A stretch of DNA of 64,000 nucleotides, taken from positions 248,001 through 312,000 of the forward strand of contig OX597839.1 in assembly GCA_951406725.2 (NCBI GenBank), given 5' to 3'. Both the position numbers and the translations under genes were made by a program. Under the pieces are notes generated by a model. That model was not told the origin of the DNA, made no database searches, and worked only from the letters and a program-made list of their open reading frames with translations. Source of the DNA: Octopus vulgaris (lineage: Eukaryota). This document shows, piece by piece, positions 11,630 through 24,379 of the stretch. Each line of letters starts with the position of its first letter. Position 1 is the first letter of the stretch.

Positions 11630-13985
11630 GTGGTGGTCATGGCGCGGTGGGCAGATGAGGCTCATTAGCAGTGGTGAAGGCAACTCTTCTAGGAGAGACA
11701 CTGACATAAAACCAGGTCATGGTAATGACAGTTCCATAACTGTCTGCACTGTCAGAGCCATGGCTGTTGATGGGAGCAGACTGGGCCACTGTTTTGAAAC
11801 GAAGCCATGATTAGGACAAGCAGTATAGGAGAATAAAGCTCTGAATTCAAATTGACTTACCACTGCTGGCTTGCAGTATCCTTTTGAAGAAAAGCCCAGG
11901 AGAAGGTACTCCGATATAAAATCTGCAGTCAACTTAATACTAGTCATCTTGCTTTGCTTGTCACTGGAATCTACTGTTCTGACGCAGAGAGTGGCAAAAG
12001 TGTTGTACAAGCATTTGTCACTGAAATCCAATGACGTACAGATATCCCCGACAAATCACCATCATCACTTTTCAAAAGTCCTAAGGCAATACAGTCGTGG
12101 CGATGTATGCAGGCTTGACCAGTTGGAAGCATACAGTTACAAATCTGCACATAAGGTGGCAGCGTTCTTATCATAACATTGCTAACATGTTTTCATGGAC
12201 AGGAACTGTTTTGGGAGGAGAATCCTGTATCTGAGCAGCCCTTTTAAGGAAGATACTGCTCACCTGGATATACTGGGAAGGTGCTAGAAAAGGTGCGCTA
12301 AAAACTGTCTGTCCTCTCTCTGCTGGTTAGTTAACAGTGGCTAACGGTGGTTCAGTTTAGCAGGAATAAACAAAGAATTAATATAAAGAATGATAACAAG
12401 CATGCAAGGAATAAGGTTCCTCTTAACTTGGCCTGTTGGAATGTGAGAACCCTTTTAGACTGAGCAGATAGGCCTGAAAGAAGAACAGCTTTAGTAACAA
12501 AGGAGCTAAAGTACCTTAATGTTGATATTGCTGCTCTTTCTGAAACAAGATGTTCAGATGAAGATCATCTTGTCGAAACAGCAGCAAGTTTCACATTATT
12601 CTGGGTTGGGAAACTGAAGGGAGAGAAATGGGAAGGTGGTGTTGGGTTTGCAATTAGAAGTGATTTGCTAAAAGACCTAGAACAACCACAAAGCATAAAT
12701 ACAAACATAATGAAACTGCAGATCCCCTTTCCTTGTGGACGTTTTCTAACTGTTTTCTCCATCTATGCTCCTACACTTTCAGCTAGTGAGGAAAGTATCC
12801 AAGCATTTTATGAGGATCTTAGTAGAAGTATTCTGTCAGTCCCTTTGAATGAGAAGTTGGTTGTGCTTGGTGACTTTAATGCACGTGTTGGTAGAGACTA
12901 TGGCGCTTGGAAAGTACTTGGGCATTATGGAATAGGAAAGGTGAACAACAATGAGTTACATCTGCTACCTGTGCTCTGAGCTAGAGTTGATTGTTGGGAA
13001 TACTTTCTTTAATCATAAGGTGAAACATAAAGTTACCTGGATTCACCCAAGATCACAGCAAGGTCACGTGATCGACTGTATTAACTCAGAAAGCTGACTT
13101 ACAATATTTGTGCAGTCTCAGAAAACTGCAAGATGCTGATTGTGATACTGATCACAAAATGGTTAGGGCCAAGTTCAAGTCCAGGGTCCATAAGAAGATT
13201 CATAGTGCAGGTGTACGAGTACCAAAGAAAATTGAGATAAAGCAGCTAAAACAACCACAAGTTTTGCAGTTGTTTCAGAAGAGATGCAGCAATGTTCCTT
13301 TTGAAGGTTCCTTGCAATCCTTCCGTGATGGAATATATAAAATGGGATCAGAGGGATTAGGTTTTAAGAGGAGACAACACTGAGACTAGTTTGATTCCAA
13401 TGATACAGTGATAAATGAGTTTTTAGCAACAAAGAGGTCCACTTATGAAAAACTTCTTGACCCGAATGTTAAGAACAAAGTGCAACTAGAAAAGTTTAGA
13501 AGTCTCAGAAAGCAGACATGCAAAAAGAACTCAGGAGTCTTAAAGACACTTGGTGGAGAAATTTGTCTCAGGAAGAACAGGCAGCCTATGACAGGAAAGA
13601 CATTAAAAGTTTCTATAGTTTATTGTGGCAAGCTTTTGGACTGCAATCTTCATTATCATACGTCCCTTGAAGCTGAAAGACAGGAATGAGGTTATTAAAG
13701 GTCCTCCTGGAATAATGAATAGATGGAGAGAACACTTTGCAGATCTTTTCCACAATCTTAGGAGTCAAGTGGGAATGTTTCATACCTTGATACAGAGTTT
13801 CTGCACATGGCACGTTGCAGCTCAGTTGAAGAACATGTTATCTAGGCTCAAATGAGACAGACTGGACATGTTATTAGAATAAAAGACAAGCGTTTGCCAA
13901 TGCGTCTTTTTTATGGTGAGCTCAACTCTGGTAAACGACCACAACATAAGCCAAGAAAATGGTATGAAAACATCGTTTCCAGTTG
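11630..13985 (+). mobile_element. RTE-clade LINE, decayed and internally deleted (APE endonuclease plus C-terminal piece, RT core missing)
   Basis: LACWNVRTLL..RPERRTALV..ELKYLNVDIAALSETR, SIYAPT, LVVLGDFNARVG, DTDHKMV; C-terminal GHVIR..KRLP..LFYGEL; many stops and frameshifts. Confidence 0.85.
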
Positions 13986-14308
13986 GCCATGTGATGGGTG
14001 ACTGCTTGGGAGACCTAGGTGCTGTAAGCATGTCACACTTGGCTGATGCCAGTACCCATTAAAAAGCACTATCTGAACATGATTGATGCCAGGCCCACCT
14101 GACTGGCTCCTATGCCAGTGGCACATTCTTGGAGTGGTTGGTGTTAGGAAGGGCATACAGTAATAGAAACATTGCCAGATCAGGTTGGAGAGTGGTGGAG
14201 CTGCTGACTCTCCAGACCTCAGTCACACTTTCCGACTCATGCCAGCATGGAAAACGGACATTCAATGATGATGATGATGCTATACATATATGCATATGTA
14301 TACAATAC

Positions 14309-14365
<57 letters not shown>

Positions 14366-14371
<6 letters not shown>

Positions 14372-15028
14372 GAAATGAGGTACTCAGAAAATCGGATGGT
14401 TTATATTTACAGATATTTATTTGTATATTACATTTTTTATATATCATATAACTTAGATCATTTTATAGTGGTATTGAGTGTGTGGTGGTGGGGAGGAATA
14501 TAAGACAGTACAAGAGGGTGATGGATGTGTTTTTGTATTTTGGGATGAGTGCTAAAGAAAATGAGGGGAAGGGAGACGGAAGAAGAAGAAAAGAATTTTT
14601 TGGGTCTGCTGGACAGAATATTGACTCCAAGGGGGTTCTAAGGTCTTGGGAAAAAAGAATTTCAGTTTTGACCATTTCACATTTTTTTTCTAATACTTTA
14701 TGTATAAGCATGAATATATACATCCCAAAATACAAAAACACACACAAGCACACACACATACACACATGTTCTCTCTCTCACTTTCTCCTCATCCATCACC
14801 CTCTTGTACTGTCTTATATTCCTCCCCACCACCACAAACTCAATACCACTATAAAATGGTCAAAACTCCTCACACAGGAACTTAGTTTGATTTGAAAACC
14901 CCACTAGAATGGGAGAAAGTGCTAATACATGATCTAAGTTATATGATATATAAAAAATGTAATATACAAATAAATATCTGTAAATATAAACCATCTGATT
15001 TTCTGAGTACCTCATTTCTTCTAATATA
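14366..15028. mobile_element. Inverted-repeat (Penelope pLTR-like or foldback) element in (TA)n; second copy at ~41707-42370
   Basis: ~95-bp terminal inverted repeats (TTAGAAGAAATGAGGTACTCAGAAAATC.. at 14366 vs reverse complement ending ~15025) plus an internal inverted pair 14460-14525 / 14790-14855. Confidence 0.6.
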
Positions 15029-15039
15029 TAATACCTGTA

Positions 15040-16230
15040 TATAAAAATAGAATCACATGCAGTCGTATCGTATAGGTAATACAATCGCACGCGATCCTAT
15101 TCTTAATGAAATATTACACACCAGATAATACATACAGCGGCAAAACACAAGTTGAAGGACAACAGATTTCTTTTTGAGATATATACATTATTTATTTTAC
15201 ATATTTTACAATCCTGTTGGTTGAAAGTTTGTAAGTGTTAGCATGTTTTTGTGTCTGTGTGTTCGTGAGGCATAAAAAGTACTGACCAGAGAAATAACGA
15301 TGGAATTTGGTTCACAGTTCATGTTGTTGGTATCAGCCTAGCAACAGGTAGTAGCAGATGGCTTAAGGTAGTTCTTAGAAGAACTAGAACTCAAGAACAG
15401 ATAATTGATTTACCGTTTATGAGGTACACGGAGCGTAAGAGTTCCATATCAAGATGTTGTGTCTCGTAGTTGAGATTAATTGAATCACTTGTTGTGTTTA
15501 TCTTTCTCTTGATATAAATATACTTCCAGATGTGTTAACTGTAGCCGTTTTTCCCGTGGTGAGATTTTCACCTAACCGCTATAGTTGAATCTGTAGTTGT
15601 CTTGTGTACAAATTAAACCTTAGTAGATAGAGACGATGTTTGGCGATGAGTTGTGTCTGTCGCTTGGTTTTTGCTGCGTCTTCATTATATATTCTGCTTG
15701 GTTATTTTTCTCTAGTTATAGATATCCTGTAACCGTTCTTTTCGTGGTGATATTTTCACACTAACAGTATGAGAGGTATCTGTAACATCTTGTATTAATG
15801 GTGGTCGCCTGCCTTTCGAACTGGAACATGGTCGAGTATGCTCTGTGTGGTCAGAGGTTAGCCCTGAGAAGGACTTGAACCAAAGACGAACTCTGTGTGG
15901 TCAGAGGTTCACCCTGAGAAGGACTAAAAACCTAAGATGAATATTTGTCTGAGAACCTTTATTTTATAAGGTTTATGAGGCTCAAAACGAACTTCAGAAA
16001 TGGAAAGCTGTGATTGGCTGCTTGGAACAAAGGCGCAAAAATAAGCGGAGGCAAATCGCGTCACGTGACAACCTGCGGTGCGAACGTAGTAGGGACCACG
16101 TGTCAGCCACTCGAATTAGTGTTTACAACAATGTTAAACTAGCCGAAGATGTTTGTAATCCCGAACGAGATTATTCTTAATACTCTTCTCAAACAGTGAA
16201 GATAGCAATGAGTGTAATGATATCGCTACA
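15040..16230 (-). mobile_element. Probable solo LTR (~1.19 kb)
   Basis: Absent from the paralogous site (42375-42385); flanked by 4-bp duplication TGTA (15036-39, 16231-34); minus strand starts TGTAGCG and carries CACGTG x2, CCAAT, TATAAAA and AATAAA in order; internal 50-bp direct repeat 15841/15891. Confidence 0.6.
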
Positions 16231-16252
16231 TGTACATCATCTCCAAACCTTC

Positions 16253-16292
<40 letters not shown>

Positions 16293-16427
16293 CATATTAT
16301 ATATAAAATATAGCATATTTTGATTGCCTCGATAACTGAAGAGATGCTGGTGCAGGTTTCCACCCTGACATCCAAAGCTCAGAGTATTATTATGGCAACC
16401 GAATACTTGTCACATATTATATTACAG

Positions 16428-16459
<32 letters not shown>

Positions 16460-16667
16460 AACAAGAAGGGTAGTAATATTATTTACTACCAGGTGCCCAG
16501 CACAAAAGACGAATTAGTCATAAGACAAAAATATTATTCATATAGAAAAATATTATTCATGTAGTTATACAATTAAGGGCTCTAAATTAAGATGCCGAGT
16601 GCTGGGAACACAAAAGGGGATGAATTTATCGAGAGTGAAAATCAAAAACGTTTACCGATAACTTTAA

Positions 16668-16743
16668 CAACTCGAACCGCGGTTTCTGCTTTTTCTAGCA
16701 AAACACAGAATATGTTTGCTAAGGCTAGTTCGTCAGCGAGTCG
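16668..16743 (-). ncRNA. Type I hammerhead ribozyme (minus-strand copy)
   Basis: Reverse complement reads CGACTCG-CTGACGA-[hairpin TAGCAAA..TTTGCTA]-GAAA-CCGCGG-TT-CGAGTTG. Confidence 0.65.
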
Positions 16744-17350
16744 CCTTAATTGAATCGAGATCTGCAGCGATGTGGGACCATGTGTTGGTCCCGACTACTA
16801 GCAGATCTTAACTTTTCAAATCTCTGCGCAGACGCAAAACTTACACGGCAGTATAGGGCATGCCGGGAAGAATTTTACGAATAAATCCATCATGTAATAT
16901 GCGAATATAAACAAGAAGGGTAGTAATATTATTTACTACCAGGTGCCCAGCACAAAAGACGAATTAGTCATAAGACAAAAATATTATTCATATAGAAAAA
17001 TATTATTCATGTAGTTATACAATTAAGGGCTCCTAAATTAAGAGCCCTTAATCTTAATTTAGGAGCCCTTAATTGTATAACTACATGAATAATATTTTTC
17101 TATATGAATAATATTTTTGTCTTATGACTAATTCGTCTTTGTGCTGGGCACCTGGTAGTAAATAATATTACTACCCTTCTTGTTTATATTCGCATATTAC
17201 ATGATGGATTTATTCGTAAAATTCTTCCCGGCATGCCCTATACTGCCGTGTAAGTTTTGCGTCTGCGCAGAGATTTGAAAAGTTAAGATCTGCTAGTAGT
17301 CGGGACCAACACATGGTCCCACATCGCTGCAGACCTCGATTCAATTAAGG

Positions 17351-17429
17351 CGACTCGCTGACGAAGCTAGCCTTAGCAAACATATTCTGTGTTTTGCTAG
17401 GAAAGAAGCAGAAACTGCGGTTCGAGTTG
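17351..17429 (+). ncRNA. Type I hammerhead ribozyme (plus-strand copy)
   Basis: Stem I CGACTCG/CGAGTTG, core CTGACGA, extended stem II, GAAAC-TGCG-GTT (GUU cleavage triplet). Confidence 0.65.
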
Positions 17430-17524
17430 TTAAAGTTATCGGTAAACGTTTTTGATTTTCACTCTCGATAAATTCATCCCCTTTTGTGTTCCCAGCACTC
17501 GGCATCTTAATTTAGGAGCCCTTA

Positions 17525-17564
<40 letters not shown>

Positions 17565-17964
17565 CATATATTGTATGTATAGCCAGACAGATAGATAGAC
17601 AGATGGACGGATAAATACACACACACACACATATATATATATAGCTTGCAGCTCTATTTCCAGCATTGTTGACATTTAACTGGTGTCTGAAATATGGCCA
17701 CCACAGATTCGCAATGATGGGCACCTCTTGCAATAGGGGTTCGGAGAGCTTACCACACACACACACACATCATTTTTAGCAATCATACTTGAAGTAGATA
17801 AAACTATAGACAATCCTTGCGTGGAAAAAAGTCACAAGCCACTACCACCATTATCATCTACAATCACCACTGCTAATACCAACACCCCATACTACCATCC
17901 CCAGCACCACCAATGTGATATTATCCTTTCTGTGTCTGACTAAGATTTCATTTCTTCTTTACAG

Positions 17965-18023
17965 CTCAGTTTGTGCATTATGATCAGCCAATGAACAAGA
18001 CAAGGAACAGGGAATACATGTAA
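17965..18023 (+). CDS. Orphan duplicate terminal exon (P)QFVHYDQPMNKTRNREYM*
   Basis: Acceptor tttcttctttacag, phase 1, TAA at 18021-18023; coding sequence identical to 42770-42828; AATAAA ~170 bp downstream. Confidence 0.55.
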
Positions 18024-20502
18024 CAACAGCACTAACCGCATGACCAGTATGAATATATATATATATATATAATCAAAATAAGCAACAGGATATCAAGAGG
18101 TGATGCAGTGCAACCATTTGAAGTGGTTCCATTTAATTGAACAATGCAATCATTACATCAATTTAAATGCAGGGCTATCCTCAGTTGCATAAATAAATAA
18201 ATAGAATTTTTGATCAGTTAGACACATTAATATAATTTTACTCAAAAGCTCTAATAGAGCAAGAAGACTGAAAGTGCCCATGTTGCTACTAATGTAGGAC
18301 CCCAGACAAATCAATGCTCTGATCCCTTTTCCACAATCCCTTCCCTTTTCAAGTAAAAATTGAAAAAGTTAATCAGGGCTTGGCCATAGAGGAGAGTATC
18401 TGTCTTCAGCCCTTTCAGTCTGGTCCACTACACAACCTTTTTACGCTAAGGCCATACTGGTACTAGCTGTCCCTTTCTATCTTCCGCTAACTCTAGAAAT
18501 TTATAGATCTTGCCATGATAGTCAGTTATTATGACCTTGTTTTCTCTGCCTCTCTTCCTTTAACTCTTCAGCATTCAAACTGGCCATGTCCGGCCAAAAT
18601 ATTTAACTTGTTTTATGTTGAAACTGGTCAGATCTGGCCTCTCACCTCAGTCCTACAATGTCATTCTAATACTAAACAACCGCACCAGCAAAATCTCTAA
18701 ACTACAAGACAATGCATGATTATTTCAAAACAATATAAATAAACAAACATCACATTTGACAGAATAATCTGAACAGAAAAGGGTTAAACTTTCCTCTGTA
18801 TCTTATACTAGTTGTTGACCAAAGCTTTCTTTTAAGGTCCTATTTAATTCTCCCTCTAATGATGAAAGACATCACCACTCTATAGCTGGCTACTGTCCTT
18901 TTTCAAGGAAATGCACCATCTGTACATCTAGTCTTGAAACAGGTGTAAGGAACTATTTGCACACTTTCCTACTTCATTCCTTCTCATCATCTATACTCAT
19001 GTAACGACTCAAACTTCCTGTTTTTATACATGAATATCATAGTCTAACCTCATACCAGTGATTTGCCCGCTTATATTTCTATTCTATTGTACATTTTAAT
19101 GTCCACATATACAAATCTTTTATACTTATTTCAATTATTACACACCAGCCATGCTGGAGCACCACCTTGAAGTATTTTTTAGTCGAATGAATTGACTCCA
19201 GTACTTACTTCCATGTTTGTTGAAGTCTGTTATTCTATTGAAGACATAAAGACATAAACATGTCAGCACTAGCTGTCACGCAGTGGTGGAGATACACACA
19301 CACACACATACACATATGAGACATGCTTCTTTCAGTTTTATGTCTCACAGTATGATGACATACTTTGTTCGTTTCTGCATGACTGGCCAAACAGCGCACT
19401 TTGTTAACCGACATACAAACATTACTGACTGTGTTTGTTAACTATTTACTTATAAGAAACCCACTTCTTAAGGTTAGACATCAGCCACAACACCTCCACA
19501 CCTTGAAGTTTTTCCATAAATTTTTCCTTTTGTTTCTTTTCAACACTTATTGTCATTTCTTTTTCTTTTTTTCCAAATACATTTTTATTCATTTACTATT
19601 TTTTTTTCTTCCACATCCAGAATAATAATTTTTTTCAACTATGAAAAAAAAATTACACAGCATTATTATGTATATATCTTTCATTTCTATGTCTTTTCCT
19701 TTCGTTACACTTTCCTTGGCAGAAACTGGATCAGTTACCTGCAAACATTCATTATCTTTTAAAGTGTTTGCATTAGAACGATTCCTTAATGAAGCATTTT
19801 CACTAGAAGGACCTTTTCCTGTAACAGATGGCTCAGATTCTCTAATTTCAGAATTTTCTACAACATGGTCTTCACTAGTCACTTCCATCAACATTTCATC
19901 TGGACTTGTTTACTATCCTCAATCACAAAACGGCTTGCATTTTCTTTGTCCATTTTAGCTTTCCTAGCAATTGGTTTGTTTTCAATTTCAACAGATAATA
20001 TCTGCTTATGTTTGAAATCTTCTGGCATGACTCACTTTAAATGCATCATTAATTCTTTTTCGTTTTTTTTTGTCTTCCAAACCAGAATTATTTTTTGTTC
20101 CACACAGAACCATTTCTTTTCAAAATGCCATAGGTAGTGACAAGTCTACATTATTACTGGTAGCGCTACTACATATAGTGACCTAACTTATGAATCCTTC
20201 GAACAGACTTACTATTTTTTGTTTCATACAGAACCTCTTTTCTTTTCAAAATGCCACATCTCATTCATTTTATTGACATCCTTCTTTTGGTGCAAACTGA
20301 ATAAAAGTAGTATATGTTTTGTTTATATATAACATGCAGTTATATTATCACATATTGATAATGAATAGAAATGGCTTTTCTGAAAATTTTTCCACTTTAA
20401 TAATTAGATGTTTATAGGAGACTAAATATCAAAATGGAAAAATTATCAGAAAATTCATTTCTATTCATTTTTTTCAATTATCTATATTTTATACTAACAT
20501 AC

Positions 20503-20540
<38 letters not shown>

Positions 20541-23500
20541 TGTGTGTGTGTAATATATATATATAAATTAGAGAAAAACCACTATTATGTAATTCAAACA
20601 ATGATAGACATAAACCAAATCATGAAGAAAAATAAAATATATTATAAAACATATAACTAGATTACAAAACGTACAAAAAAATGAATAAACAATATATAAT
20701 AAGTAAAACGACTACATACGTTTCGTGGCTATAACTTCAATTTGAATTACATTAACAATCTATAGAATATCTTTTCACTAGCTATACTCTAATATTATAT
20801 ATACATATATATATATATATTTGTTTTGTTTTTTTTGAGGTGGTATACCATATATATTTTAAGTATTAAGTAAAAAAGAGATGAGTTAGTTGAAAAAATA
20901 TGGAACTAACATATATAGAAAAGGTATAAATTTTCTGTAAAAATATCATTCCTGATGAATCTCTGAAATGAGATGGAAGCCCTAAATAAACTTTTCTACT
21001 TTTGGCACAAAGCCCCAAATTTTTTGGTGGGGAGGGGCCAGTCGATTGGATCGACCCTAGGACACAAATGATGCTTAATTTATCGACTCCGAAAGGATGA
21101 AAGGCAAAGTTGACCTCGGTGGAATTTGAACTCAGAACATAAAGACAGACAAAATACCGCTAAGCATTTCACCCGACAAGCTAACATTTCTGCCAGCTCA
21201 GTGTCTTAAAATAATCAAGCACTTTCTGAACAATTGAAACAGCCAGTATAGTTACAGAATATTCATCTTTTTATTGCCCACAAGGAGCTAAAGATGGAGG
21301 AGGCAAACAAGGACACACAAATGGATTAAGTCGATTAGATCAACTCCAGTGCATAACTAGTACTTATTTAATCGACCCCAAAAAGATGAAATGCAAAGTC
21401 GACCTCGGCAGAATTTGAACTCAAAATGTAGAGACAGTTGAAATACCACTAAGTATTTCGCCCAGCATGCTAACGTTTCTGCTTTAAGTATGATACATAT
21501 TTTTTTTTCATTCTAGACACAAGGTCTGAAATTTTTTTGATGGGGAGGGGACCAGTCGATTAGATTGTCCCCAGTACGCAACTGGTACTTGATTTATCAA
21601 CCCTGAAAGAATGAAAGGTAAAGTCAACCTCGGTGGAATTTGAACTCAAAAAGTAACCGCGGACGAAATACCATTACACATTTTGCCCAGTGTGCTAACG
21701 ATTCACCTTGCCCTAAATAATCAGTTATTGTTTATTGATTACAAAAAAGACAATATCTCATCTGTTTTTGTAATCAAATGATAATTGATGTTTATCAATT
21801 ATCAATTTTATCTCCATTTTTCTTATTTTCCCTTATAGATAAACTTCAGTTTATTCTTTTCTTTACTAATCATTTATGAGCATTGACACTAATACTCATA
21901 ATCACATATAGGTAAGATACCAGTAATTCATTGGGCATAAATATCCCTTAGACAGTTTTTATAACCTCTAATTGAACTCACCTTTATAAATATATATATA
22001 CATATATATGTGTCCCCATTGACAGACCCTTAGTATTAATAAAAAGTTAAACACTTATGCTATGCAAATTAGTTGCTCCAGTTTTCTGTAGCTACTGTAA
22101 TTGTTGACTATATAAGCAGGTTAGCAGTTTGTTTCTCTGGGATTGGTAAAATTGATGTAGACACCTCTGAGTAGAGTCCAATAAGGTCCGAAAATCAGTC
22201 AAAGTTTTTCATATTTTTGTTCAACCTGCAGAGAAATAACTAAATTTGCTCTGTTTATATAGCTACTCTATAACTTAGATATATTCTTTAACCCCTTCAG
22301 TCATGGATAAAAAAGCAAAACCGTTTTTCTTTATTTATACCAAAATACAGGTAAATCACACATATTGAGTCAATTTTTAAAGGATTCCATATTTAATATG
22401 CTTAATTTTTGGCATGGACAAATAAAAATTTTGCTAACCCTAGTTTTAAAAAATACCAATTTACTTACATCTGTGAGATTTATGAGAAAACTCAGCCATC
22501 TTCTATGGCTTGTGAGTAAACACTGAGTCAGAATCACATGGTCTTGGACTCTCCTCAGAGGTGTCTCCATAAATTTGACCAATCCCAGAGAAACATCCTG
22601 ACAATCTGTCTATATAGTCAGCATCTTTGAGGTGTCCAAGGAATTGGTAACTGTGACTCAATTATATTTTATATTTATTTTGTAATTTATGCTGAAAAAT
22701 TGTTCATTACCCTGTACAAAGTGACTGAAGAGGTTAAAAAAGGCATCAAGATCACAACATCACATTAAATATTATTAAGCATCACATTAGATGTTATTAA
22801 ACAGTCATCGTTTGTTTTTTGGGGAAGGCATCAATATCACAACGTTGCATTGTATATTTTCTTGTATGAGATGCTGAAAGGTTAATGTTTTCACTGAAGT
22901 CATCATCGTTTGTGTTTGAGAAAGGCATCAACATCACAACATTACTTTTCATCAGTGTAATCCTTATTTGTGTTTGGGAAATGAATCAACATCTCAACAT
23001 CACATTTTATACTTTTGCGTGTGAAATATTAAAGACATAAAAATTATTTTCTATTAAAAATTGTTTCTTTTTTTCTTGAACTTTTACCAGAAATTTCAGT
23101 CACCACATTTACAGACAACTACTGCCACAACTCTACTATGGCTACAAACACCACTGCACCACAGCCAACACCAAAACACTATTACAACAACAAGCACCAC
23201 CAAAACACTACAACCAACACAGCAATACTACAACAAATGCTGCAACACTACAGCTACAACAACTGCACTATTATCATTATTATTATTATTATTGTTATTA
23301 TTATTGTTGTTGTTGAGTGAGAGCGCAGTACATGCCATCAAAGTGACACTGGGGTAAAATATATGAAGCCCAGTATACCCATCATAGGTACCTGTCTGAT
23401 AAGGGTACACCAGGCACATGCATCATAACCATATGTGTATGACATGGTGGTCTCATATCAAGATAAACAGTGCATGACCTTGCAGGTGGGGCCCAGTTAG

Positions 23501-24379
23501 AATTTTCTTTAGGTTGAGTAGCCCAAGAGTTGTTTAAGGATGTTGAATGAAATGCCCATGTTTCCAGAACTGAACTGGGGCTCATGAAGAAGAAGAACAA
23601 AAACAAATATGGCATATTATACAAGGTCGTGATGAGGCCCTTCACAAAATCGAGCCATAATTTTGTTATAAATACAAGAAGAACAGTGAAATCGATGTGA
23701 GAAAACTTGTAATAGTAGTGCCAATATTTCACGTTATTATCAGATAACAATATTAATTGAAAGTGTGTTTTCGAGACATGATCATTTTGACATTGTTGCA
23801 AGAATGTACTGATTAGGCCCAACTTTTCAAGTGCTAGCATTTCGATTTCAGTTCACAGTTCTCAAGTTATGCGCCTTCTAGATACATGTTTGTTGGGCCA
23901 TATAGTATCTTTTTGTTTAATATTGTCATGGTTGGTGAAAAATTATAATTAGTAATTATCATTATCAAATTCAATACAGCTAGTGACATCATCGTGAGCC
24001 TGTGAGGCCCAGTGCTTGTTGCTCATTCAGTTGGATGCTAGTTCTCTTGCACCCCACCCCATTAAATGGCCAAGAACTAGGCTAGAGAATGTTTTTTTTA
24101 AGTAAGTTAATTTCAGGAGTTTGAAGTTATAAGAAATTCTGGGCTTTATGTTGTAGCATAATTTGCTTTTCCAGAAGCTAAATAGACATACCATAGCCTA
24201 AGCTATATTCACATATTTTAAATATCTTCTAACAATGTCTGTGCGAGTGTGCGGATATGATTGATCATTGACCCTTTTCTTGGCCTGCTTGAAGTGCATG
24301 CATCGACTCTAGATCCTGTTTCACAACATATATTTTATTTGAATGCTAAATCAATCATTTTCTTTCACACGGTTTTAAT

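Larger units (their letters stand above)
11350..15039 (+). repeat. Near-identical segmental duplicate of ~38700-42381 (last intron of the long-tail module)
   Basis: Almost base-for-base identity including the RTE LINE and the inverted-repeat element; duplicated ORFs in the track (12665 vs 40022, 11871 vs 39228). Confidence 0.9.
16456..17532. mobile_element. Penelope-type pseudo-LTR array (tandem plus inverted) in (TA)n
   Basis: 450-bp unit with partial tandem repeat (16456-16593 = 16906-17043), then a ~480-bp inverted copy (17052-17532); contains hammerhead motifs. Confidence 0.75.

Noticed and set aside
11630-11720. HDV-like ribozyme at the RTE 5' end
   Set aside because: Known for some RTE elements, but I could not construct the nested double pseudoknot from this sequence.
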